Below, piece by piece: positions 1 to 11,483 of a DNA stretch of 64,000 nt (position 1 is its first letter; the number at the start of each line of letters is the position of its first letter). Where the stretch lies: NCBI RefSeq assembly GCF_006345805.1, contig NC_043016.1:8370001-8434000 (forward strand), given 5' to 3'. This DNA is from Octopus sinensis (Eukaryota). The position numbers were made by a program, and so were the translations under genes. The notes below the pieces were generated by a model that saw only the letters and a list, made by a program, of their open reading frames with translations, did no database searches and had not been told where the DNA came from.

Positions 1-60
1 TTTTATGTTTCGAGCCTATGCTCTTCAACAGAAAGGAATGAGAGAAAATAAAAAGACTTG
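1..60 (-). mobile_element. Fragment of Penelope terminal repeat A with hammerhead-like core
   Basis: gtttcgagcctatgctcttcaacagaaag is nearly identical to 31013-31041 at the 3' end of the Penelope-like element. The reverse complement reads TTGAAGA-GCATAGGCTC-GAAAC. Confidence 0.65.
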
Positions 61-343
61 TGGATTTAGCGATCAGGCATAAATGTGAGTTGCTAACAGT
101 TTCTTGCATTAGAGATGCAGGCCTAGGCAGGATTTTACAACATATGTTATACCTCCAAGCAATCTATACATCATTATTATTATTTAATGTCCATTTTTCA
201 TGCTGGCATCGGTTGGATGATTTGACAAGGACTGGCTAGGTAGAAGACTACACCAGGCTTCATTGTCCATTTCGGCATGGTTTTTGCAGCTGTATGCTCT
301 TTTTAACACTGACCACCTTACAAAATAGACTGAGTACTTTGTA

Positions 344-558
344 CAGGGTGTCCATGAATTACCTAAACTGGAGAGTCTCTCTCAATCTTCTGGTCTGAAA
401 AATTTTCATTAAGAAATTCCAGAACATTCAATCTCATCAATAGGGTGGTGCAGCATCCTGTAGGAAAATATTTCTTGGATGCAAGTGGTGTAACTTCAGT
501 ATGACAAATGTTTTTTTCTGAATTTTTCAAATTGTAAAAGAAATTTATGGACACCCTG
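344..558. mobile_element. Tc1/mariner-type MITE or internally deleted element
   Basis: 17-bp terminal inverted repeats CAGGGTGTCCATgAATT / AATTtATGGACACCCTG (16/17 match), TA immediately 5'. Confidence 0.7.
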
Positions 559-1696
559 AATACATAATGATGATGATGATGTTCCAAGCTTACATGATGA
601 GTCAGATGGAATTTGTTGAGGTGGATTTCTTATAGTCAGATGCCCCACTTGTTGCCATCCCTCAACTCAGCTGTTTCCAAGCAAGATAATGTTTCCCATG
701 ACGTTTTCTACAGAAGACTGGAAATGGACAACCTCACATGTATGACAGTGATATTCATCACATGTCAAAGCAAGGGTACACGCGTGCACACACACACCCA
801 CACCCACCCACCCACACACACACAATGGCATTCTTGCAGTTTCTGTCTGTAGAATTTACTCAATGTTTTGGTTAGCCCAAACTTGTAGTAGCAGACATTT
901 GCACATGGTGCAATGCAGTGGAATTGAACCTAAGACCCAAGAACAATGACTGGAAAGAAAGCTTCTCAACCACACACACACACACACACACATACACAAG
1001 CAGGTAAGCAAGTGAAGTTGTGGAAACGTGTGTGCGCGTGTGTGTGCACATTATCCACACAGCTGGTTCCCTCACAGAATGTCTTTGTTAAGTCTACAAC
1101 TACATTTTTTTCTCTTCCCCCTTATCCAAACAACTGGGTCACTCATCAGAACCACTTCCTATTGACATGCAATCCTCCTAATTATCACCACTCCACTCCC
1201 ATTTCACCCACCTCTCATTCTCCACTCCCACCTCACACCCCTAGCGCTTAACCACACACTTCTCTTTATCACTCCTTTCTTCTACAATTCTCTCATCTAC
1301 ATTGTGTTATTATGGGGCTGTGATTATGAAATGAAATTCGAATCTGCTACTTCAAACTATTTCATGCAATTGTTTATTTACTGGCAGTCATCACTCCCTC
1401 TCCCCTGAGGACTCATACTTGACATCTGTCCATCGTTTTTATCATTTACCCACTCATATTTACCAATTGATCATTATGTAGTTACTGTTAGGAAGGGTAT
1501 TCTATCATAGAAACCATGGGAGTATAGACAGTAGTTGAAATGCATACATATACATATACACACACATACATACATATATATATATATTGAAACGCAGAGT
1601 AGACAAAACGGACAACTGAAGAAGGGGAATATTCCTTGTGTTGTATGTCTTGTACTCTGTTCTAACCGCGAGTCCACTGCCCTAACCACTGGGCCA

Positions 1697-1965
1697 AGGC
1701 TTGCCCCCGTGCCAGTGGCACGTAAAAAGCACCATCCATCCGTGGCTGTTTGCCAGCCCCATCTGGCACCTGTGCGGGTGGCACATAAAAAGCACCCACT
1801 ACACTCATGGAGTGGTTGGCGTTAGGAAGGGCATCCAGCCGTAGAAACATTGCCAGATCAGACTGGGCCTGATGCAGCCTTCTGGCTTCCCAGAGCCCAG
1901 TTGAACCGTCCAACCCATGCTAGCATGGAAAGTGGACGCTAAATGATGATGATGATGATGATGAT
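1697..1965 (+). mobile_element. Family C element, 3' part (RTE-like tail ending (GAT)n)
   Basis: ggcacgtaaaaagcacc subunits, then gttggcgttaggaagggcatccagc...catgctagcatggaaagtggacgctaaa(tga)n, shared with ~20 copies in the window. Confidence 0.8.
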
Positions 1966-2147
1966 ATATCCCACACAGTAGCACACCACACAACATTCCA
2001 CACACATAGAAACACAGGCAATTAACTCATCTGTACTCCGGTGTGTATTTGGCTAACAGGATACCCAGGGGGACGACCAGTGATATTTATTATCTACCAT
2101 TCAGTTAACAGACAAGCAATGCATATCAACTAATGAAATTACATTAA

Positions 2148-2494
2148 TCCTTTGAATGTGACAAGCAGATATATCCACTCAAAATTTTTATGACTGTTAC
2201 TTGCAGAAGGCAGTTTTACCCCATATGCTTTGAAAAAATAACAAACAAACAAACAGACAAATGAGAAACAATTCTGTGAGAAGTAAAGACACCAATTAAA
2301 AAACTTTTTGCGAAAGACAATTTTTTTCTGACTTTCTTAATTTTTGCACATATTTTCATCAAGTCTCTCTATAAAGAATAAGAACCATGTAGTTTTAGTG
2401 GTGGATGTGAAAACTGTTCTTATAGCAGGTACTGAAAAAAATATCGCAGAAATAGACAGGAATAACCATGAAATTTAATTATGGAGTCAAGGGG
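2148..2494. mobile_element. Possible piggyBac-type MITE
   Basis: Flanked by TTAA at 2144-2147 and 2495-2498, with imperfect tcctttgaa / tcaagggg termini. Confidence 0.35.
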
Positions 2495-2631
2495 TTAAGT
2501 AAGCCATAAATCCATTGTATGTAGCAACACATTCTGTACATGTAACACAGTGCTAATATAATAAAATAATATGAATAATGTGTGGTTTTTTAGTCAAAGT
2601 ATGCTATGCACATTTCCATAGCATAGCTATT

Positions 2632-2749
2632 TATTTGTTCATAAATGCGTTACATAATATGAAATTACATAATGTGAATTGCATAACCAGACCATTTCTT
2701 CAGGCATTTTGAACAGTTGACAGAAACTGTAAGCATTTATGAACAAATA
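2632..2749. mobile_element. Small foldback MITE (Tc1/mariner-like)
   Basis: Inverted repeats tatttgttcataaatgc(g)ttaca / tgtaagcatttatgaacaaata, 22 bp with a 1-nt indel. Confidence 0.6.
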
Positions 2750-2780
2750 AGCAGTTACGTAATGAAAATGACCATGTATA

Positions 2781-2963
2781 TCATCATCATCATCATCGTT
2801 TAACGTCCACTTTCCATGCTAGCATGGGTTGGACGGTTCAACTGGGGTCTGGGTAGCCAGGAGGCTGCACCAGACTCTAATCTTGATCTGGCAGAGTTTC
2901 TACAGCTGGATGCCCTTCCTAACACCAACCACTCTGTGAGTGTAGTGGGTGCTTTTTACGTGC
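2781..2963 (-). mobile_element. Family C element, 5'-truncated
   Basis: (cat)n-cgtttaacgtccactttccatgctagcatgggttggacg...ggatgcccttcctaac. Confidence 0.8.
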
Positions 2964-3013
2964 TGTGTAGAATAATTTAAACAAAATACAACACTATTCA
3001 TATTCTTTTATTT

Positions 3014-3053
<40 letters not shown>

Positions 3054-3110
3054 CATGTGTAGTTTGGTAGAATAAACCAGAGGAATAGAACTGAATACAC
3101 GAGGATATAT

Positions 3111-3476
3111 CTTTTACTTGTTTCAATCATTAGTCTGTTACCATGCTAGCGCATCACCTTGAAGAATTTTTAGTTGAATTAATCAACCCCAGTACTGGTT
3201 TTTTTATTTCTTTATTTTTTAAAAATCTGGTACTTATTCTGTTGGTCACTTTTGCCAAGTCACTAAGTTATGGGGACATAAACATACCAATACCGGTTGT
3301 CCAGTAGCCGTAGGGGACAAACATAGACACAAACACATGCCCATATGACAGGCTTCTTTCTATTTCCATCTACTAAATCCACTCACAAGCCTTTGGTCAG
3401 CCTCAAGCTCAAGTGGAAGACACTTGCCCTAAGAGCCACTCAGTGGGATTGAACCTGGAACCATGTAGTTAGGAAG
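3111..3476 (-). mobile_element. SINE family A (tRNA-like head, internal microsatellite)
   Basis: Reverse complement of the family A consensus: cttttacttgtttc...aaatccactcacaagcctttggtc...gaacctggaaccatg. Confidence 0.75.
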
Positions 3477-3929
3477 TATATATGTCTTATTAACTTTTAA
3501 TTGGCAAAAATTACTAAGAGACTCAAGAGCTGAATTTTATGCATGGCATATATCAAACTCAGCAGTTGAGTCATTTTGTGTGTGTGTGTGTGTGTATATA
3601 TATACATTTTGATTGGTTGTAAGTTCAATTACTAATTAAAGATACTTGTTCAGAAGTTTTATTATTACCACAAGCAAGGCGTTGAAGACTGTGTCTTTGA
3701 ATTCCTTTGTACAAGATCCCTCACAATAACATCTGTTGATTCCCTCTATGGTCATCATTAAACTGTAGTTAGGTGGAACATTTTTATTAGTACTAATAAT
3801 AATACTTATTATTAGTACTGTCACATCAATGAAAACTGTCTTTGGATTCACATGTACCAAATTCCTGACTATAACATCTTTCAATTCACTTCCAGGATCT
3901 TCATTAAACTAAATTTTTGGTCTAACATT

Positions 3930-4285
3930 ACTTGACTTTGACTTGACTTGAGACAGCATTCACCCGGGGTGGGTTGAGCTGGCTTCATTCACCCTCAATG
4001 CTGCATCTCTCACAAACGCCGACCAGGCCTGGCGATTTAAGGCTAACGACCGCGTGATCTCCAACCACTCCTTATTCTAGTGGCGAATGCCATAGATATG
4101 GGGGCCTAGGTTGGGTTCTATATCAGCCTTGACTGTCATCAGCCAGGTTTTTTGTTGTCCATCACATTGCTTTTGCCAACCCTGAAGGGGAGCTGGGGCA
4201 ATTGCTTCGTCTAACATTACTGTTGTATTTCAAGTGGTTTCACAAAAGGTCTGGTTGGATGCCCAGCCTTCCAAGTTCTTTTACA
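3930..4285 (-). pseudogene. 3' remnant of an RTE-clade LINE ORF with (CAAGT)n tail
   Basis: Minus translation GWQKQCDGQQKTWLMTVKADIEPNLGPHIYGIRH*NKEWLEITRSLALNRQAWSAFVRDAA resembles RTE ORF C-termini. It has an in-frame stop and a tcaagtcaagtcaaagtcaagt tail. Confidence 0.65.
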
Positions 4286-4289
4286 GGGC

Positions 4290-4424
4290 TTAGAAAAACT
4301 GAAGGACCCCTGCAATAAGTGTGTGAATCTGAGAGAGGGGAATATGTTCGATAAAATCATAATTAATTGACCGTCCGGTATTTTCTTATATCCAAAGCCT
4401 GGAACTTTTCAGCACCCCCTTGTA
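4290..4424 (+). mobile_element. mariner 3' end remnant
   Basis: tgtgtgaatctgagagaggggaatatgttcgataa resembles mariner C-terminal KCxxLxGxYVE*. It ends in TIR-like ggaacttttcagcacccccttg-TA. Confidence 0.55.
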
Positions 4425-4490
4425 TCATTATGGTATTGTCACATGACTGAAGACTGTGTCTTAGGATTAACTTGCCTCACATTCCAGACA

Positions 4491-4875
4491 TGTATGGTAA
4501 GAAGCTTGCTTCCCAACCACATGGTTCCATGTTCAGTTCCACCATGTGGCACCTTGGGGCTAGTGTCTTTTACTATAGCCTCAGGCCAACCAAAGCTTTG
4601 TGAGTGGATTTGGTGGACGGAAACTGAAAGAAGCCCGTTGTATATAAATATATATATATGTATATATTTATGTGTGTGTGTGTGTGTCTTTGTGTCTGTT
4701 CCCCCCTCCCCCATCGCTTGACAACCAATCTTGGTGTGTTTGGGTCTCCATAACTTAGCAGTTGGCACTAGGCTTACAAAACATAAATCCTGGGGTTGAT
4801 TTCTTCAACTATAACCCTTTAAGGCAGTGCTCCAGTATGGCCGCAGTCAAGTGACAGAAACAAGTAAAAGAATAA
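4491..4875 (+). mobile_element. SINE family A
   Basis: tggtaagaagcttgcttcccaaccacatggttcc...ggcaccttgggc...ccagtatggccgcagtcaagtgacagaaacaagtaaaag. Confidence 0.8.
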
Positions 4876-4922
4876 ATCTTTATTAAGCCTTCCTTCAGGC
4901 TCTGACAGCTGGAGTGTGTACT

Positions 4923-5048
4923 AGAGGGAGAGAGAGGGGGAGGAGAAAGAAAGAAAGAGAGAGAGAGAGAAAGAAAGAGAGAAAGGGAGAGAGAGAGAGA
5001 AAGAGAAAGAAGAGAGAGAGAGAGAAAGGGAGGGAGGGAGAGAGAGAG
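4923..5048. repeat. GA-rich low-complexity tract
   Basis: Direct reading: (GA)n/(GAAA)n mosaic. Confidence 0.9.
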
Positions 5049-6384
5049 AACACACCTGAAAATTCCCTTCAGTAAGGATATTAAAAGTACAGAGATGGAA
5101 AACTGGTAAACACCTCAACCACCAAACCTTTTCTATAGTGAGATTTCCCATACGGTAATATACTTAGGCAAAAAAAAAAGCAACACCAATCAGCTAAAAT
5201 TATTACCTACGCATTTAGTAGACATTCCAACTCCTGCCCCACCATGCATAGACGTATTTGCAAAATCTAAAAAACAAATAAGGGGGCATAACTCAAAAGA
5301 GTTTATAGACAAAAAGTTAATCCCGGTGAAAAGTTTAAGTCAACTCTGACATGCCCTCACCTCACCTCCTACAGGACTTGAACTCTGGAACATGTAACAC
5401 AAAACTAAGATGAAATCTAAAAAAATTATCTTGAATCTTGAAGCTAATAATAACTTTTCTTTAGATGAAATTGATAAAGTAATTTTATTTACCATTTTTA
5501 TTTATTTATTTATTTATTTATTTGTTTTTAACTTTAAAAAAAAAAAAAAGAAAAGAAAAATTTCTGGGTTTCTAGGTTTCTGGGTTATTTTTTACTTTCA
5601 GAAGAACACAAACAATGGAATATCAAATTTTACTCACTCTTCAACCCTCTGCTTCAAAAACCTCAAGTGTTGGCATAAATTACTTATGGCATGGAAATAA
5701 ATAAAAAAAAAAAAGTACCAATGTACTGACACTTAAAAAAAAAAAAAAAAATAAAAAAATAAAAAAGAGCCAAGAACTGAACTTGTTCACTCCTTTCTTT
5801 AGAAGAAACCCTTCATTTTGAAGTGACCACTTGTGATGTAATGTGTGCAGACCTAATGTGATGGGGTTGAGGGTATTTTCTTTTCCTTTTCTTTTTCATA
5901 GCCACTGGCAGGAAAAAAATTACGGGGGAAATATAAATATATTTTCACTTGACAGCACCCAGACTCCAGCGTAGACATAAAAAAAAACGCATTCAAACCA
6001 ACTTTGCTTACGGCAATTCAGTCATGCGTGTGTTCTCGCTTTAATTCAACTGTCCATAAAGTTATTTCTGTAATTAAAAATACTTGCAAATCACAACCCT
6101 GTAAACTACAGACAGACAGACAGACAGACACACAATGCTTAATTTGTTCAGCCAAGACCAAACTAACTGAAACCTAAGAAACTGCAAAAAAAAAAAAAAA
6201 ACCACTGTGCTGCCTATATCTTCAGTCATGCATTTGGGTTCAACATGGCATAGTAGCGTTGGTTGAAGCTTCTAGTTCCAGCCAGTTTGGTTCCAGCTGA
6301 CCAAATTATCTATACTCTACTGTCAGCATTGAGTATTTTCTCTTCCCTTATGTACTGTTAAAATACACCTGTTTACATGTTTGT

Positions 6385-6418
<34 letters not shown>

Positions 6419-6465
6419 TTACAAATATTCTTTTCTCTATGAATTATCAATTTCTAAAGAATACT

Positions 6466-6884
6466 TATTTCTTTACTACCCACAAGGGGCTAAACACAGA
6501 GGGGGACAAACAAGGACAGATAAACGGATTAAGTAGATTATATCGACCCCAGTACGTAACTGGTACTTATTTAATTGACCCCGAAAGGATGAAAGGCAAA
6601 GTCGACCTCGGCGGAATTTGAACTCTCAATGTAACGGCAGACGAAATACCTATTTCTTTACTACCCACAAGGGGCTAAACATAGAGGGGACAAACAAGGA
6701 CAGACACACAGATTAAGTCGATTACATCGACTCCAGTGTGTAACTGGCACTTATTTAATTGACCCCGAAAGGATGAAAGGCAAAGTCAACCTTGGCGGAA
6801 TTTGAACTCAGAATGTAGCGGCAGACGAAATACCGCTGAGCATTTTGCCTGGCGTGCTAACGTTTCTGCCAGCTCGCAGCCTTT
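6466..6884 (-). mobile_element. SINE family B dimer (one head, two ~185-bp bodies)
   Basis: Units join at 6650/6651 (gaaatacc|tatttc). A single 11-bp TSD taaagaatact lies at 6455-6465 and 6885-6895. Confidence 0.85.
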
Positions 6885-7651
6885 TAAAGAATACTGTTGC
6901 CATGGGTTGGGATAGCTTGGCACAATCCAATGAGCTGCAGCATTCTGTCTGACAAGCCCCAACCCCCACAACGTCAGCTTCAGCATAGCTTTTACAGCTG
7001 GATGTCCCTCCTAATGTCAGCCACTTTAATAGTGTACTGGGTGCTTCTTTTTTTTTTTTTTTTTTTGTAGCACCTGCACTAGGGAGGTCACCAAGATAAA
7101 CAAAAGAAAAGAAAAAAAAATCCCTCTTGACTGAGGTGGGGGAGTGTATTTGAGAAAGGTGAGGGGGTGGCTTTATATTTCATTGACATATATCAGTGAA
7201 AGATAAAAACATTGATGGAAAAAACTTGGAATGAAGAAACAAAAACTGCTGCTTTCTGAATGAAGTTCCTTGTGATATTTGTTCAGCACTGAGTTACAGA
7301 CATTCTCGTCATTTTCTCACAATTAGAATTGCAATAAACCAGTCAGAGAGATTGGGTCTGGTTAGAAACTTATAGCCAATGACATTGTTGCTAACCAGTT
7401 CCAATGTAAATAAACAAATTAGAAGAAAACAAACAAACAAATACATTCATGGAAAAGCATGTAGCATTTGTGTTGAAAACATTTTAAGAATGGTAGAAGA
7501 ATTTTTTTGGATTTAATGAGAATCAAGTCTTTCACTGAATATTTAAATATAAACTCTTCTCCTCTGCCTCACCCTTATTGCGAGACCTACCTAAATGTGA
7601 ATCATCATGTTCGTTAAGCAGTTTGTAAACTAAAATGAAAGAGGGGGGAAT

Positions 7652-7653
<2 letters not shown>

Positions 7654-7690
<37 letters not shown>
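7654..7690. repeat. (GA)n microsatellite
   Basis: Direct reading. Confidence 0.95.
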
Positions 7691-7693
<3 letters not shown>

Positions 7694-8000
7694 AGTACTA
7701 ACAGATCTGTATTGGAAAGTCCTTGAAAAAGAGGTAAGTCTTGCAGAATGGTCTGACAAAATTGAAGAATGAATAAATAAATAAATAGATAAATAAACAA
7801 ATAAATCTAGATTTAAATTCGCAAATAAAATTTTGGTCACAGCATTCAGTCTTTAACAGCAGCCTAGTTCACTTAGCAGAGTAGGAACAACTTGCTACTA
7901 ATAAACAGTGCTAGCACTTTGGTTGCCAAAAACATTCTCAGAGTTGTCATTGATTCCCACATTCTTTAGATTCCGCGCGCTGTATATTTATAGCACAAGA

Positions 8001-8001
8001 C

Positions 8002-8041
<40 letters not shown>

Positions 8042-8046
8042 ATTAA

Positions 8047-8107
<61 letters not shown>
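8001..8107. repeat. Compound (ATT)n-(AGT)n microsatellite
   Basis: Direct reading. Confidence 0.95.
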
Positions 8108-8108
<1 letters not shown>

Positions 8109-8330
8109 AGGCGGTGAGCTGGTAGAATCGTTAGCGAATTGGACAAAATGCTTAGGTTGCTTTCTTCAGGATCTTTACATTCTGAGTTCAAATTCCACTG
8201 AGGTAAGCTTTGCTTTCCATTCCTCTGTGCTCTATGAAATACATACTAGTTGAACACTAGGAATTGATGTAACTGGGTAGTCCCTTCTTGTTGTAACTGC
8301 TAGCCTTGTGCCAAATTTGAAACTATTATA
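8108..8330 (+). mobile_element. Older SINE B-related copy (B') with ccttgtgccaaatttgaaac tail
   Basis: aaggcggtgagctggtagaatcgttagc...ttctgagttcaaattccactgagg head shared with family B. Confidence 0.7.
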
Positions 8331-8844
8331 AACCAGCAAACTGGTAGGATTGTTAGCATGCCTATATGTTCTGAGTTCAAATCCTGCTGAGGGTGACATT
8401 GTCTTTTATCCTTTTGGGATTAGGATAAGATAAAGCTCATTTCCAAGTCATATAGATATAGACCCATAAGGATGGTTTCCAGGTTTCTGTGGTGTATATA
8501 TTCCGTTCTTGCACAGGACACCAGTCCTTTGCAAGATTACTCATTTTTATCGGCTGTGTCAGCTGAAGCAATGTGAAGTGAAGTGTTTTGCTCAAGAACA
8601 CAACATATCATCCGGTCCAGGAATTGAAACTACAGTCATGAGTCCAGCACCCTAACCACTTAGTCAAGCGCCTCCTATTGGGATTAATGAAATAAATACC
8701 AATTCAGCACTTGGGTCGATGCAATCAATTTATCCCCTCACAAAATTCCAGGCCTTATGACTATAGGAGAAAGGCTTATTATTAACATCATCACTTTCAT
8801 TATGATCACTAGCTGACCCTGTGCCGTCAAAAATGATGGCTAAT

Positions 8845-9167
8845 TGTAGTGCTGACCATGGGATTGCACCTAGAAAGTTACCCTCCCAGGCACAAATCTG
8901 GGCAAGGTTGTTTATGGAAGACCAACAGTCACCCATGCATACCAGCCTCTCTTCTCCATGCCACTGATGTTATCCAAGGGAAAGGCAAAGGGGTCGATAC
9001 AGCTTGGCACCAGTGACGTCGCAACTCATTTTTACAGCTGAGTGAACTGGAGCAATGTGAAATAAAGTGTCTTGCTCAAGGACACAACATGCAGCCCGGT
9101 CTGGGATTCGAACTCACAACATAATGATCGTAAGCTCAACGCTCAAACCACTGAGCCATGCGCCTTC
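8845..9167 (-). mobile_element. tRNA-derived SINE family D
   Basis: Reverse complement starts catggctcagtggtttgagcgttgagcttacgatc...gagttcgaatcccag (A/B boxes). Body shared with 16029-16365 and 45779-46099. Confidence 0.8.
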
Positions 9168-9542
9168 ATGACTAGTTGTATTTTATATATAAACAAGGTA
9201 CACATACAAACATTCACATACTTCCCTTGTACATGCACTCACAGACAGACATATACTCACACAGAGTTGAAGCACTGTTTGATTTTTCTTTTCAGCGCTG
9301 AATGTTCACCATCCCACTTCCAATTTGATATCACCCCTACCTTTCTCATTCATATGTTGTGATGGAGAAATACACAAGAGCATTATTATCATTATTAAGG
9401 CAGTGAGTTGCAAGAATTACTATTGTGCTGAGCAAAATGCTTAGTGGCATTTCTTCCAGCTCTTAACATTCTAAGTTCAAATTCCACTGAGGTTGACTTT
9501 GCATTTCACCCATTTGGTGGGATCAATAAAATAAATACCAGG

Positions 9543-9850
9543 CACAGGAGTGGCTGAGTGGTAAGTAGCTTGCTTACCAACCACATGGTTGCGGGTTCAA
9601 TCCACTGCGTAGCACCTTGGGCAAGTGTCTTCTACTATAGCCTCAGGCCGGCCAAAGCCGGACTAGAGTCTGATCTGGCAGTGTTTCTACAGCTGGATGC
9701 CCTTCCTAACGCTAACCACTCCATGAGTGTAGTGGGTGCTTTTTACGTGCCACTGGCACAGGTGCCAGGGGAAGCTGGCAACGGCCTCGATCGGTTGGTG
9801 CTTTTTACATGCCACCGGCATTTTGCCATCCCAAATGTCAGGACTTGTGC
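9543..9850. mobile_element. SINE A head (+) abutting a family C fragment (-)
   Basis: Family A sequence runs to ~9659 (gccaaagcc), then tctgatctggcagtgtttctacagctggatgccc of family C. Confidence 0.65.
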
Positions 9851-10068
9851 CACATCACGTGGCAGATATAGTTGAATGATTTGCTGATGAGAAGAGCAAT
9901 AAAACTGTTCCCTATATTTAACGAGTGACACAAGAGAGTTTCACTCATTAAGGTCATCTCCACAGATTCTGTACAGAAATTAACAGCCAGCACAGATTTT
10001 GTTACAATGTTTCATATCCGAGATATCAAATGTAAAACAACAATGCGACTGAAGATGTAAAATGGGTA

Positions 10069-10121
10069 ATGGGCGTCTATGACACATTTCACGAGTTTTT
10101 GCCTCCTTCATCAGCACCCAT
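10069..10121 (-). ncRNA. Degenerate type I hammerhead-like motif (probable Penelope terminal remnant)
   Basis: Reverse complement ATGGGTG-CTGATGA-AGGAG gcaaaaa CTCGT-GAAA-TGTGTC-ataga-CGCCCAT: intact CUGAUGA and GAAA, stem II with one mismatch, offset stem I. Confidence 0.45.
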
Positions 10122-10284
10122 CCAAACCATTAATCATCAATGAATTCGCTGCTTAAATACCCATTAAATTACAGCAATGTAACATTATTGGATATACCAG
10201 TTTACATAGTAAACACATTCCTGGAAGCTGGTATGTAAATGTTTTGTAAATATTTTGTTATGCAACCATAATATGCAACAAAGC

Positions 10285-10535
10285 ATCATCATCATCATTG
10301 TTCGACCGTGGTCGAGACAGTGGAACTTACTATGTTACGCCAGACTCCACGGTCCATCATAGCATTACGGAGGTCCTGTTGCTGGATGCCTGTATCCTTG
10401 GAAATTACATCAGGGTAGGAGAGTGCGTGCCCTCTGGTGTGGCGAGCAGATGGCTTCCAGAGGAGAAGAATAGAAATTACCTCGTTTTCAGCTCTACAAC
10501 AATGTCCAGCAAACTGGACTCTTCTACCTTTCACA
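10285..10535 (-). pseudogene. 3' end of an RTE-clade LINE (ORF C-terminus + (GAT)n tail)
   Basis: ORF 10295-10579 contains VQFAGHCCRAENEVISILLLWKP...YPDVISKDTG...AMMDRGVWR, typical of RTE ORF C-termini. The tail is (cat)n on the + strand. Confidence 0.8.
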
Positions 10536-10915
10536 AGAAAGCATTTTGTAGTCTTTGTAGTGAAAAGACTACAAAGCATATAAAATGCTTAACAGTGGAA
10601 CCCGGTATTAACGGTTAATATTCTTTGTTGTATGGTTGTATAACGAAATACTCTGTTCCTTCAGGTCATTAATACAGGAGAGTTTGTTTCTGCTACAGAC
10701 TGACACAAGTCTCCAGTCGATATGGCTTTTTTTTTTTTGTTTGTTTGTTTGTTTCAAAAGCCATCCTGATAGATTTTATGTAGATATTAAGGAGGTGGGA
10801 GAAGATTGTTATCAATGCTCATTGTCCTTTCCACCTTTTGAGATGCTAGAAATGAGTGCTACATTATGAAGACAGCTAGCAAAGTGAGAAGGGTAGTTCT
10901 TTCCCAAAAGGAAAC

Positions 10916-10917
<2 letters not shown>

Positions 10918-10946
<29 letters not shown>

Positions 10947-11180
10947 TGTGGGCGCAAGAGTTGGTATGGGAGAGAGTGAGATATGGAGTGAGAGAGAGAT
11001 AGTATGAGAGAGAGAGAGAGACAGAGATAGAGGAAGTTGGTACAAGAGATGGAGTGAAAGAGAGAGAGAAGGCATGAGAGAGACACAGAGAAAGACAGAA
11101 AGAGAGAAGAAAAGAGAAAGATAAATAGAGAGAGAGAGATTGACAAATAGAGGGAGAGAAAGAGAGACAAAGAGATGAAG
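10918..11180. repeat. GA-rich low-complexity tract
   Basis: Direct reading. Confidence 0.9.
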
Positions 11181-11483
11181 AAGAATAAATTTCTAACAGA
11201 AGCACAAGCTTGAAATTTAAAATTTATAAAGGAAATCCAACCCATGTCAACATGGTGAATGGAGATAGGATGATGAAGACGATGAGGATGATGAGGATGA
11301 AGATGATGAAAGCAAGGAAAAGACTGTTTGAAGGTCATACCTATTCTGTTAACGGGTAAAAATATGGAGGAAGTGAAGTGAAATTACTGCAGCTGGGAGC
11401 AAAAAATGCATGCCCCGGCTACTTTTCAGGGCTAAGATCACCATTCTATGGCTGTTGCCAAAAATCTTTGTATAGTGATTTCA

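Noticed and set aside
10812-11338. Ser/Leu-rich ORFs up to 159 aa
   Set aside because: They are (GA/CT)n low-complexity translations.
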